Shown: in pieces, positions 26,377 to 34,517 of the stretch
Numbering within the stretch: position 1 is the first letter of the stretch
Layout of the letters: each line of letters opens with the position of its first letter
Virus record (IMG/VR): IMGVR_UViG_3300005805_000189
Coordinates: 1 to 39,820 of that record
DNA: 39,820 bases
Origin: a virus
Taxonomy: Duplodnaviria; Caudoviricetes
Reading direction: 5' to 3' (one strand)
Notes under the pieces: model-generated
The model's database searches: none
What the model saw: the letters and a program-made list of their open reading frames with translations, nothing else
Told to the model about the DNA's origin: nothing
Program-made: the position numbers and the translations under genes

Positions 26377-27006
26377 GTGGCATTTTTAAATCATGATATA
26401 CCTACGATTACATGTTTGATGCGTAATGAGTATCTATATAATCATAAGAAGGGTCATGGTGAATTTACTCCAGCCGACGTTCATAGTGTTGCTTGTATCG
26501 AAAAGAGAGTTCCTCTATTCGAAGCGTTTCTGGAAAATGGTGTCAACTGGACTCGTAGGCCTATCAATGCGTTTTGTTGGAAGAAGGACGCTCCAGTCCG
26601 CCCACTAACAGAACACATTTACTGGGATTGTTTGAGCCAGTATCCTGATGTTCATGTGAGGTCGAGGTTAGCAGGTTTGCGAGCCAAACTCCTCACGCCG
26701 TCGAAGGAACAACGAGAAGGGATCTATCTGTTCACGATTGACTGGGCTCATGAGAATCGATCTATGCTCGACACTAACTTCGGCGAGACACCAGAGCATA
26801 AGTGTGGTCACGTATTCAAGATGGATGAAGGTAACTATTACATCTATCCGAACAACAGGATACTCTGGCATGATAATGCGTGGGTGTTCAGGCCGATCAA
26901 CCATAACCCAGGTTATGAAATTGATACTACAATGTACACAGTAGAAAATATTCATAGGTTCGTTACTGACGATTCTTACATGACAGAGTTTAGAAAAGTT
27001 GAGTGA
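26377..27006 (+). CDS. conserved phage hypothetical protein
   Basis: R.EYLY..KGHGEF, WDC, YLFTIDW, EHKCGH, PNNR motifs. Confidence 0.75.
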   Translation: MAFLNHDIPTITCLMRNEYLYNHKKGHGEFTPADVHSVACIEKRVPLFEAFLENGVNWTRRPINAFCWKKDAPVRPLTEHIYWDCLSQYPDVHVRSRLAGLRAKLLTPSKEQREGIYLFTIDWAHENRSMLDTNFGETPEHKCGHVFKMDEGNYYIYPNNRILWHDNAWVFRPINHNPGYEIDTTMYTVENIHRFVTDDSYMTEFRKVE

Positions 27007-27021
27007 TGAACAATAAAGATT

Positions 27022-27096
27022 GCGGGTGTAGCTCAGCGGTAGAGCTTCTGCCTTCCAAGCAGACTGTCGTCGGTTCGATCCCGATCGCCCGCTCCA
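27022..27096 (+). tRNA. tRNA-Gly(TCC)
   Basis: Full cloverleaf; anticodon arm TCTGC-cttccaa-GCAGA; GTTCGA; CCA. Confidence 0.96.
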
Positions 27097-27209
27097 AGAT
27101 TCGCGAAGTACTAAATATAGTATTCGCGATAGGCTTCCTTTTATGGATGCCATTGACTGTAGGATTCTTCCTAATAATTTGTGATGCTCTCATCAACTAA
27201 GGAGAAAAC

Positions 27210-27725
27210 ATGAGAAATACAATCGCTGCACTCGCAGCAGTTTTTGGCGCGACTAGTGCTATGGCTGCCGACCTTCCTGGAAAGAGTGCTCCTGCTGCAC
27301 CATCTCCTATTTTCGCTTCTAAGAGCTTTTATGCTGGCGTCAATGGCGGTGCGATCGTAACTGATGGTATCAACGTAAATGCACCATGGACTGTTGGTGT
27401 TGTCGGTGGATACAACATCACATCGATCGGACCAATCGGGATTGCTGCAGAAGGAACCTATGATTACACAAAGGGTAACACAAATGATGTTGCTGGTAAT
27501 ATCGTAGGCGGATATTCATTCGGGTCTATCACTCCTTACGCTCTCGTTGGCGTAGGCTATCGTTTCGCTGATATCAGAAACGAAGCTATCTGGAATGTAG
27601 GCGTCGGTGTTAAGGTTGCCGTGACATCTTCAATTGACGTCGATACTCGCTATCGTCGCGTAGATAATCTTGATCGTACCGGTGGTGAAGATCGTGTCAC
27701 CGTAGGCGTGAATTACAAGTTCTAA
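27210..27725 (+). CDS. Omp25/Omp31/RopB-like outer-membrane beta-barrel protein
   Basis: Signal peptide, AADLP, FYAGVNGG, C-terminal VGVNYKF. Confidence 0.88.
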   Translation: MRNTIAALAAVFGATSAMAADLPGKSAPAAPSPIFASKSFYAGVNGGAIVTDGINVNAPWTVGVVGGYNITSIGPIGIAAEGTYDYTKGNTNDVAGNIVGGYSFGSITPYALVGVGYRFADIRNEAIWNVGVGVKVAVTSSIDVDTRYRRVDNLDRTGGEDRVTVGVNYKF

Positions 27726-27767
27726 TGATTAGGGTTGCTCAAATATCGAGCGCCCTATCATTTCTAG

Positions 27768-27812
27768 CGGCTGGATTGTTGCTCTGGTGGGCCTACGGTC
27801 CAGCCGTTTTTT
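27768..27812 (+). terminator. rho-independent terminator after the porin gene
   Basis: CGGCTGGA...TCCAGCCG followed by a T-run; a second hairpin lies at about 27727-27760. Confidence 0.65.
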
Positions 27813-27870
27813 ATTCCTTACTCACTACATCTTCGATGTGTTTCTAGTCTAGCTTATGTTGAAAATAGGC

Positions 27871-27900
27871 CTTGACAATCCACCGATAACCACCTATAAT
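27871..27900 (+). promoter_or_regulatory. early promoter 1
   Basis: TTGACA 27872-27877, 17 bp spacer, TATAAT 27895-27900. Confidence 0.9.
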
Positions 27901-27980
27901 CAGTAATAGTAGGGGATTCCCCGTACTAGCTATAGCTTATAGTTAAGCCATAGCGCCTTAATCTTGACTATGGAGTTACC

Positions 27981-28127
27981 ATGACCTTAGCTTATATTTA
28001 CGCCACCTTCCAAGGCTTCGCTGAAGTTTCCGAAAAAATCGCGTACCTTCGTGAGCTTGAGCGTATGGGTTTACCCTACGAGCTTAACTATACGAGCTTG
28101 ATCGCAGCTTGGGAAGCTCAGGCTTAA
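27981..28127 (+). CDS. small early protein (48 aa, not in the ORF track)
   Basis: GGAG RBS; MTLAYIYATFQGFAEVSEKIAYLRELERMGLPYELNYTSLIAAWEAQA. Confidence 0.7.
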   Translation: MTLAYIYATFQGFAEVSEKIAYLRELERMGLPYELNYTSLIAAWEAQA

Positions 28128-28197
28128 CTGTAGGGAGTTCGTAACGAAAAATGATACAAAAAACATACAAAAAACTTCTAAAATCGTCGTTAGGGGC

Positions 28198-28227
28198 CTT
28201 GACAATTGTTCGCTTCCGTGATACAAT
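28198..28227 (+). promoter_or_regulatory. early promoter 2
   Basis: TTGACA 28199-28204, 17 bp spacer, TACAAT 28222-28227; A-tracts upstream. Confidence 0.85.
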
Positions 28228-28260
28228 CAATATAGTGAGTTGTTGCAAAGGAAGTTAATC

Positions 28261-28365
28261 GTGACTGTAGCCGATACGTTTCTCATAATGAGTCCTATGC
28301 TTGCGCTTGTGTTCGTAATGTTCGTAGGCTTCGCCGTAGTCCACTATATGGAAAATAAATCCTAA
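28261..28365 (+). CDS. small single-TM early protein (34 aa)
   Basis: AAGGA RBS, GTG start, hydrophobic core. Confidence 0.55.
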   Translation: MTVADTFLIMSPMLALVFVMFVGFAVVHYMENKS

Positions 28366-28370
28366 GGGCC

Positions 28371-28400
28371 CTTGACAATCGACCCACTACCACCTATTAT
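28371..28400 (+). promoter_or_regulatory. early promoter 3
   Basis: TTGACA 28372-28377, 17 bp spacer, TATTAT 28395-28400. Confidence 0.85.
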
Positions 28401-28432
28401 TCATAATGTACCAAGTGAAAGGTTTATATCCC

Positions 28433-29002
28433 ATGAAAGCCCAATTCGTATTCGACCTTCTCAAGACCAACAAGAATCGTTTCACCCCCGCTCAGCTCGA
28501 GACTGCTACGGGTTCCGCTCGGCGCGCTCGTCGCGCTTTGTTCCTTGCTCGCAAGACTGGGCTCGCGCTAGAAGCTGTCCGTGACGGCGGCAAAGCGATT
28601 GCCGCTTATGTTTTCAGCGGCGGGGCGCTGCCCGCGTTCTCCGCTCCCGTCGCTAAGGCCAAAGCCGCTAAGGCCTCGCCTAAGAAAGCTGCGGCCGCTA
28701 AGACTAAGGTTGTTGCTAAGACCAAGACTGTCAAGGCTTCGGTCAAGAAAGTTGTTGTCGACCATTCCGCTTCTAATAAGCTTGTCGATGCTATGATCGC
28801 CGAAGAAGCGATCAAGGCCAAGAATCTTGAGACTATGAAAGCTGTGTCCAAGCGCGAGAAAACTCTCCTCGACAAGATCAAGGAAGATACTCGCGCAGAG
28901 TTCAGCACCATGGAAGCTGAGTGGGAAGCTGAGGAAGCTGATCGTCGTGACGCCCGTACCGCTGTCCGCGAGAATCTTCCGAAGGAAGCCTACGTAGAAT
29001 AG
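28433..29002 (+). CDS. early protein with putative HTH-like N-terminus and Ala/Lys/Pro-rich histone-like linker
   Basis: AKAKAAKASPKKAAAAKTK segment; acidic C-terminus. Confidence 0.75.
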   Translation: MKAQFVFDLLKTNKNRFTPAQLETATGSARRARRALFLARKTGLALEAVRDGGKAIAAYVFSGGALPAFSAPVAKAKAAKASPKKAAAAKTKVVAKTKTVKASVKKVVVDHSASNKLVDAMIAEEAIKAKNLETMKAVSKREKTLLDKIKEDTRAEFSTMEAEWEAEEADRRDARTAVRENLPKEAYVE

Positions 29003-29026
29003 TCTTGGTTTAAAGTACCACGGGCC

Positions 29027-29056
29027 CTTGACAATCACGTCAGCCCGTGGTATCAT
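29027..29056 (+). promoter_or_regulatory. early promoter 4
   Basis: TTGACA 29028-29033, 17 bp spacer, TATCAT 29051-29056. Confidence 0.85.
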
Positions 29057-29081
29057 TAAACTAAGATGAATGGAAATCGTG

Positions 29082-29723
29082 ATGATTAAGTTGTCTAAGG
29101 CTTCTAAGATGCCAGCCAAGTCCTGGTCGTTGCAAGCACGCGAAACTTGCCCGGGTTCTGTTGATCCCGTCACGAAACAGGTAGTGGAAGTTTGCGCCGG
29201 CTGCTATGCGACCGAGGGTTTCTATGTTATGCCCGACGCGATCGCTCTCCGCGAGCATAATCGCGAAGACTGGAATCGAGCTGAGTGGGTTGATGATATG
29301 ACTGCTACGCTCAAGAAGCAGAAGTTCTTCCGTTGGTTTGACTCTGGCGACGTATATCATCCTGCGCTTGCGTTCAAGATCTTTCTTGTGATGCAGAAGA
29401 CGCCTGACACGAAGCATTGGATTCCGAGTAAGTCATACAAGATCCCGCGCATTCGCGCGATCCTTGAGCGTATGAAGACTCTGGATAACGTGGCTGTTCG
29501 CTACTCGTCCGACTCTATCAACGGCGAGTTTGATATGGATCATGGCTCGACGGTTATCCCGTTCGCTGATTCTGCGACGAGCGCGACCAAGGTATGTGAC
29601 GCCTATGAGCGTAAAGGCAAATGCGGTGACTGCCGCGCTTGCTGGGACAAGGAAGTCGAGGTCGTTGCGTATCCTGCGCACGGTCGTCGTATGGGCAAGA
29701 TGGTGAAGGAACTCGCAGCATGA
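29082..29723 (+). CDS. GP88-family Cys-rich (Fe-S-like) protein
   Basis: SKMP..SWSL.A..TCPG...CAGCYA, FRWFDSGD, C...CGDCRACW. Confidence 0.8.
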   Translation: MIKLSKASKMPAKSWSLQARETCPGSVDPVTKQVVEVCAGCYATEGFYVMPDAIALREHNREDWNRAEWVDDMTATLKKQKFFRWFDSGDVYHPALAFKIFLVMQKTPDTKHWIPSKSYKIPRIRAILERMKTLDNVAVRYSSDSINGEFDMDHGSTVIPFADSATSATKVCDAYERKGKCGDCRACWDKEVEVVAYPAHGRRMGKMVKELAA

Positions 29724-29908
29724 AGTATATCGCAAAGCCTTATCTCAATAAGAATGCTGGACTGAAAGAGTTCGACGATATCGTTGCTGCTGTGTTGTAT
29801 CTAGAAGCATACACCGGCTATAAGATGGATTTCGTCGTTAACAAGAAGACGAAGGAGAAGACTTATGACTGGGAACTCTGCGGAAAACTCCGCCGCGTCA
29901 AAGCGTAA
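29720..29908 (+). CDS. hypothetical protein (62 aa)
   Basis: ATGA overlap with the upstream stop; AAGGA RBS. Confidence 0.65.
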   Translation: MKYIAKPYLNKNAGLKEFDDIVAAVLYLEAYTGYKMDFVVNKKTKEKTYDWELCGKLRRVKA

Positions 29909-30023
29909 TCCTATCGCGCAAGATTTGCGCACGCCCAAATATCGTGCGCGTGTAGTGCGCTCACGCAAGCTATATAAAAGGAAAGGTCGCGTAGCTCAGC
30001 CGGATAGAGCAACAGCCTTCTAA
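29865..30023 (+). CDS. ArfA-like small basic protein overlapping tRNA-Arg (52 aa, not in the ORF track)
   Basis: AAGGAG RBS 29852-29857; MTGNSAENSAASKRNPIAQDLRTPKYRARVVRSRKLYKRKGRVAQPDRATAF. Confidence 0.65.
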   Translation: MTGNSAENSAASKRNPIAQDLRTPKYRARVVRSRKLYKRKGRVAQPDRATAF

Positions 30024-30061
30024 GCTGTGGGTCGAAGGTTCGAGTCCTTCCGCGATCGCCA
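29985..30061 (+). tRNA. tRNA-Arg(TCT)
   Basis: Cloverleaf; ACAGC-cttctaa-GCTGT; CCA. Confidence 0.96.
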
Positions 30062-30080
30062 CTTAACAACGGAGAAGAAA

Positions 30081-30437
30081 GTGACTAAGATAGTATATAA
30101 TGCATGCTTCGGTGGTTTTGGGCTTTCTCCAGTCGCACTAAAGCGATATGCAGAATTAGCTGATCTCAGTTATAGCGAAGAAGTTTACGAAGGCGCAATG
30201 ACGAAGTTCTTTGCTAGTATGCACGATAAGAATGGAGAATATGTTTCTGAGCGAGATTTACCGCGCACTGATCCTATTCTGATCCAAGTCATTGAAGAAT
30301 TGGGTAAGAAAGCTAATTCGCGATTTTCCGATCTTCGGATCATAGAACTGCCAGCCGGCACTAAATATCGCATCGACGAATACGATGGCAGTGAATCAAT
30401 CATGACCGTCGATCACTATGAATGGAGTGTAGCATGA
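30081..30437 (+). CDS. conserved phage hypothetical protein
   Basis: KIVYNACFGGFGLS...R.DP.L..V.EELG...Y.IDEYDG.E; GGAG RBS with GTG start. Confidence 0.8.
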   Translation: MTKIVYNACFGGFGLSPVALKRYAELADLSYSEEVYEGAMTKFFASMHDKNGEYVSERDLPRTDPILIQVIEELGKKANSRFSDLRIIELPAGTKYRIDEYDGSESIMTVDHYEWSVA

Positions 30438-30742
30438 AAAAGGTTCTAGCAGTATCAATTTTGGCTCTTGGGCTTACCGCTTGCACAGCCCGAGAACAAC
30501 AGCTTGTTGCGGCTGGTGCGGTGGGCGTGCTCGCTGGTGCAGTCGTCGCTAATGGTGTGTCTGAATCAAATCATCACGCATATTATCAGCATCGCCCATA
30601 TTATCAGCAGCATCCGTACTATCACCCGCGCCCAGTACGCAATCCATACGTGTATCATGCGCCTCGCCGTCCTCAATGCTACAGCACATGGGATCGTACT
30701 CCATACGGCGTGCGCGAACGTCGGGTATGTCGTTCTTGGTAA
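30434..30742 (+). CDS. lipoprotein with glycine-zipper segment
   Basis: Lipobox LTAC; AGAVGVLAGAVV; Tyr/His/Pro-rich tail. Confidence 0.75.
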   Translation: MKKVLAVSILALGLTACTAREQQLVAAGAVGVLAGAVVANGVSESNHHAYYQHRPYYQQHPYYHPRPVRNPYVYHAPRRPQCYSTWDRTPYGVRERRVCRSW

Positions 30743-30763
30743 TCTCATAACATAGGAATCATA

Positions 30764-30973
30764 ATGTTTAAGAAACTCTATCCTTTTATGATTGGCGTTG
30801 CGGGCTTAGGTCTTGCTTTTATCGTCTATGATGTATACAGAGCGATGTGGGCGACGGATGTCGCTACAGTTGTCTGCTTAGGAATAGTCATGGCTACCTA
30901 TTGGGTTAGTATGATTCTAGATTACTTGGATGCTCGGGCCTGGAAGAAATTCTTGATAATCGATAAGAAATGA
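30764..30973 (+). CDS. small membrane protein
   Basis: Two hydrophobic segments; AGGA RBS. Confidence 0.65.
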   Translation: MFKKLYPFMIGVAGLGLAFIVYDVYRAMWATDVATVVCLGIVMATYWVSMILDYLDARAWKKFLIIDKK

Positions 30974-30996
30974 TATATACTTGCTAAATAACAAAT

Positions 30997-31073
30997 CGGA
31001 GATTAGCGCAGCCTGGTAGCGCATCTGCTTTGGGAGCAGAGGGTCGGGAGTTCGAATCTCTCATCTCCGACCA
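30997..31073 (+). tRNA. tRNA-Pro(TGG)
   Basis: Cloverleaf; TCTGC-tttggga-GCAGA; CCA. Confidence 0.96.
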
Positions 31074-31095
31074 TTTTCCAATAAGGATATATGTA

Positions 31096-31422
31096 TTGTT
31101 AAGAGTTTATGTTGTAATCGCGACTGTGATGTTTGCTGCGCCGGCTGTAGCTAAAGGTGAAATGAATGCGACTTGGTATCAGTCAGGAAAGAGAACGGCC
31201 AACGGCGAGAAGTTTGATCCTAACGGTATGACAGCTGCTCACAGGACATATCCGTTCGGCACAATGATGCGTGTTTCTCATAAAGGTAAGAGTGTGATCG
31301 TTCGTATCAATGACAGAGGACCTTTCCGAAAAGGTTATCAGTTAGATCTCGCGCGAGGAGCTGCGTTTTCTATTGGATGTCACGGATTGTGTAAGGTTAA
31401 TTACGAAATCGTTCAACGATAA
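31096..31422 (+). CDS. rlpA: RlpA-like (DPBB) lytic transglycosylase domain protein
   Basis: ATWY, TANGE.FD...MTAAHRT.PFGT, VRINDRGP, LDL; start probably TTG 31096. Confidence 0.88.
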   Translation: MLRVYVVIATVMFAAPAVAKGEMNATWYQSGKRTANGEKFDPNGMTAAHRTYPFGTMMRVSHKGKSVIVRINDRGPFRKGYQLDLARGAAFSIGCHGLCKVNYEIVQR

Positions 31423-31433
31423 AGAAACATCAT

Positions 31434-31507
31434 TCGGGATTAGTATAATGGTAGTACAGCGGACTTTGACTCCGTGAATGGTGGTTCGAATCCATCATCC
31501 CGAGCCA
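31434..31507 (+). tRNA. tRNA-Gln(TTG)
   Basis: Cloverleaf; GCGGA-ctttgac-TCCGT; CCA. Confidence 0.93.
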
Positions 31508-31525
31508 TTGTCATAAAGGAACGTG

Positions 31526-31936
31526 ATGAAAATCTATTCAAAGGCTAATCCAGAGAAGTTGCTGCATATCGTGTATTATCGTGAAAGCATTTCGAGAGAG
31601 CGAGAAGAAATCGTTGATCCGGATAACTTCATTCAGGTGTGTTCGCTCGACATGAAAAAGGGTAAGACCTTCAGACCCCATCAACACATATGGAAAGAAG
31701 GTCGTGAAAATGTTATCGCTCAGGAATCCTGGTGTGTTATCAGCGGAGAAGTTGATGTGTCATTCTTTGACACCGACAGTCGTTTCCTTGCGAAGGTAAG
31801 ACTTTATCCAGGCGATATCTCTGTGACGTTAGAAGGCGGGCATACATATGAAGTCATTGAAGATGCGATCGTGTATGAGTACAAGACGGGTCCGTACACT
31901 GGCATAGAGAATGATAAAGTATTCCTAAATGGCTGA
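31526..31936 (+). CDS. cupin-fold sugar isomerase-like protein
   Basis: PHQH...QE.W.VISG...GGH...E.KTGPY. Confidence 0.75.
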   Translation: MKIYSKANPEKLLHIVYYRESISREREEIVDPDNFIQVCSLDMKKGKTFRPHQHIWKEGRENVIAQESWCVISGEVDVSFFDTDSRFLAKVRLYPGDISVTLEGGHTYEVIEDAIVYEYKTGPYTGIENDKVFLNG

Positions 31937-32600
31937 GTTTAATATTCGCGGTGGGCTTGGTACTCAGATTCTTTCGTTGTGTGCTTGCTACGCGATAGCT
32001 ATCGAAAAGAATCAGACAGTCAGTAAGTTGATTTTTAATCAAGGTTCCTATACTGCTGATACGAAAGATCCTGATATTGTTTTCGTCGATAGCATACTCG
32101 GCTTTAAAAATAAGCCAGAGTATGCTATTGTTAACGGTACAAGCAAAACATCACCGTTCGTCAGATCAAATGCTAATCTCATAATCAAACATTGGGATGC
32201 TATTCAGCAGGAAGTATTTCTGAAAAAGAAGTACAAACAGACCAGCGAAAATATTGTTCACATCAGGCAAAAAGATAGAGCAATGGTTTCGATTGAGAAA
32301 TTTGATAAGCTGATATCCAACGACACTGTTGTGATCAGCGATGATCCGCTGGTGTATAAGCGGTACGGCATCGAAGCTGTTGATGACACAGTTGGTGATT
32401 GGGAAAGAATGTGTTCTGCTGCTTCAGTTATCGGTGGATATTCGACATACACGCTAATAGCTAGTATGATGAATCAGAATCTCAAGTTGTCGATAGTAAG
32501 AAAAGAAGATTCTGTGAGTAATATGTTGACCGAAGAAGACTGGAACGTGCTGCATATGTATGTGGACTTTTTTCCTAACATCAATTGGATTTCTTTGTGA
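31929..32600 (+). CDS. fucosyltransferase-like protein (GT11-like)
   Basis: GGLGTQ, VHIRQKD, ISDD, STY motifs. Confidence 0.65.
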   Translation: MAEFNIRGGLGTQILSLCACYAIAIEKNQTVSKLIFNQGSYTADTKDPDIVFVDSILGFKNKPEYAIVNGTSKTSPFVRSNANLIIKHWDAIQQEVFLKKKYKQTSENIVHIRQKDRAMVSIEKFDKLISNDTVVISDDPLVYKRYGIEAVDDTVGDWERMCSAASVIGGYSTYTLIASMMNQNLKLSIVRKEDSVSNMLTEEDWNVLHMYVDFFPNINWISL

Positions 32601-33118
32601 AGATAGGTGAAGACGTCTTTATCAGTAAGAACACTGAAATAACGCGTCCCGAATTATGCGCTATTGGCAATCATGTCGCTATCGATAGCGGATTCTATTG
32701 TACAACGAAACTCACGATTGGTGACTATGTTCATATCTCACCTCATGTTGCTGTCATTGGTGGAAAGTATACTAGTCTAACCATCGAAGACTTTTGTTTC
32801 GTTTCTGTGGGAGCGAAGCTGGTGTGTGGTTCCGAAACATTTAATGGCGACGGATTAATTGGCCCTTTAATTCCTGATAAATATAAGGACACGTTGATAC
32901 TGGAACCAATCGTTATGAAACGATTCAGCGGTGTATGCGCAGGGAGCGTAGTTCTTCCTGGCGTTACCATGGCTGAAGGATCTGTGTTGGGTGCTTCATC
33001 TATGCTTAAGTGCAACACGGAGCCGTGGACTATATATGTTGGAAGTCCTGCTCGACCTCTGAAGAAACGTAAATCGGAAACGATGATCCGATATGCTAAA
33101 CATATGGGATACGAATGA
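32597..33118 (+). CDS. hexapeptide-repeat sugar O/N-acetyltransferase
   Basis: IGEDV, IGNHV, IGDYV repeats; VLPGV; G.PAR. Confidence 0.88.
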   Translation: MKIGEDVFISKNTEITRPELCAIGNHVAIDSGFYCTTKLTIGDYVHISPHVAVIGGKYTSLTIEDFCFVSVGAKLVCGSETFNGDGLIGPLIPDKYKDTLILEPIVMKRFSGVCAGSVVLPGVTMAEGSVLGASSMLKCNTEPWTIYVGSPARPLKKRKSETMIRYAKHMGYE

Positions 33119-33912
33119 AAAATGTAACTTTTAAAATTTCTGGTGGAGGAGTATTTTCTCGCGTATTGCAAGGTGGAATTCAGCCAATATGTGATAACAA
33201 CATAGAATTTGATAATATATATCTTTCGTTAAAGCCATTTCCGAAGCACATTTTAAAAGAACTAAAAATACCCCTTTCAGATGAAAACTATGAATTTTAC
33301 GAAGGGGGTTTGAATTGTGTGATAGATCAAAAGATTGATGATAGTTATACTAGTGTCGATTCTATATTAGCTGGTTATTGTAAAAAAATTGAGAATCATG
33401 TAAATTTACAAAGATATCGAGTTCTTGCTAAGAAACTGTCGATTCGTCAATCTATACTAGATAAGATTGACGTAAAATTAAATGGGATAGACTTAGATAA
33501 AACTCTTGGTGTTCATGTTAGACTTACGACGATGAATCGTTATCACACACGCACAGTTACGATAGAAGATTATATAAATCATATCGATAAACTGATTGAA
33601 CAATTTAAATACGAAAAAATCTGTGTTGCTTCCGATAATCATCAATCTCTACGGACGATGATCGATAGATACGGTGACATGATTTTATATAATAAAGATT
33701 TTGTTCGATCGGAAACTGATGATAATCAATCGTTGGAATTAGAAGCAACAAACTTTTTTACCGAACGCCATTGGGTAGAAGCATTTACTGATTGTATTTT
33801 CATATCTAGATGCAGCAGCCTGCTTTGTCAAAACAGCAATTTTGCTAACATGGCTATTGTTTTTGGTAATCAGAGTAACGTACACAGAATAAGTGGAAAA
33901 TTGAAAACATGA
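33115..33912 (+). CDS. NodZ/O-fucosyltransferase-like glycosyltransferase
   Basis: LGVHVR, VASDN, SNF motifs. Confidence 0.7.
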   Translation: MKNVTFKISGGGVFSRVLQGGIQPICDNNIEFDNIYLSLKPFPKHILKELKIPLSDENYEFYEGGLNCVIDQKIDDSYTSVDSILAGYCKKIENHVNLQRYRVLAKKLSIRQSILDKIDVKLNGIDLDKTLGVHVRLTTMNRYHTRTVTIEDYINHIDKLIEQFKYEKICVASDNHQSLRTMIDRYGDMILYNKDFVRSETDDNQSLELEATNFFTERHWVEAFTDCIFISRCSSLLCQNSNFANMAIVFGNQSNVHRISGKLKT

Positions 33913-34517
33913 CAACGCTCGCTCCTTCGTTCGAAACAATCACAGAATTCGAAAATCGTGTAGCCAAATTTTTTGGAGCGCCGTATGCTGTTGCTGTTGA
34001 TTCCTGCACACATGGCGTTGAATTGTGTTTGCGATATACAAAAGCGCAATCTATCGTGGTACCCACACGCACATATCTTTCCATCGCCTTTCTAGCAAAC
34101 AAACTAAACATCCAACTAAATTGGAATGATACTGAATGGAAAAATTTCTATTCGCTCACACATAACGTCATTGACGCAGCAGTTCTTTGGAAAAAGAATA
34201 GTTATGTTCCTGGAAATATGATGTGCTTGAGTTTCCAATATCAGAAGCATCTCAGTCTCGGTCGAGGCGGAATGATTCTGCTAGATAATAAAGATGCTCG
34301 GGATGAGCTGGTAAGAATGTCGTATGATGGCCGAGAACGCAATACGCCATGGCGCAATCAGAATATCAAAAGCGTTGGTTATCATTATTACATGACACCG
34401 GAAACCGCACAACTCGGATTAGACAAGCTAGAAGACGCAATAAATATTATGCCAAAGCAATGGGCTGTGACTGATTGGCCTGATATTTCGCAAATGGAGA
34501 TTTTTCGTAATGACTAA
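33909..34517 (+). CDS. short DegT/DnrJ/EryC1/StrS PLP-dependent aminotransferase
   Basis: FE...A.F.G..YAVAVDSCT, DAA, LSFQYQKHLSLGRGGM. Confidence 0.85.
   Translation: MTTLAPSFETITEFENRVAKFFGAPYAVAVDSCTHGVELCLRYTKAQSIVVPTRTYLSIAFLANKLNIQLNWNDTEWKNFYSLTHNVIDAAVLWKKNSYVPGNMMCLSFQYQKHLSLGRGGMILLDNKDARDELVRMSYDGRERNTPWRNQNIKSVGYHYYMTPETAQLGLDKLEDAINIMPKQWAVTDWPDISQMEIFRND

Noticed and set aside
27003-27200. 65-aa ORF reading through the whole tRNA-Gly, with a hydrophobic tail
   Set aside because: It has a GTGA overlap, but the first half is tRNA sequence and the rest covers a hairpin/promoter region. Unlike the ArfA-like case there is no recognisable motif, so it is unsupported without ribosome profiling.
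28568-29735. Long minus-strand ORFs (201, 118 and 100 aa) in the early island
   Set aside because: They are antisense shadows of GC-richer plus-strand genes; all promoters point to the plus strand.
30027-31095. Track starts at 30027 and 31030 inside tRNA-Arg and tRNA-Pro
   Set aside because: These are upstream in-frame extensions; RBS-supported starts lie at 30081 and about 31096.
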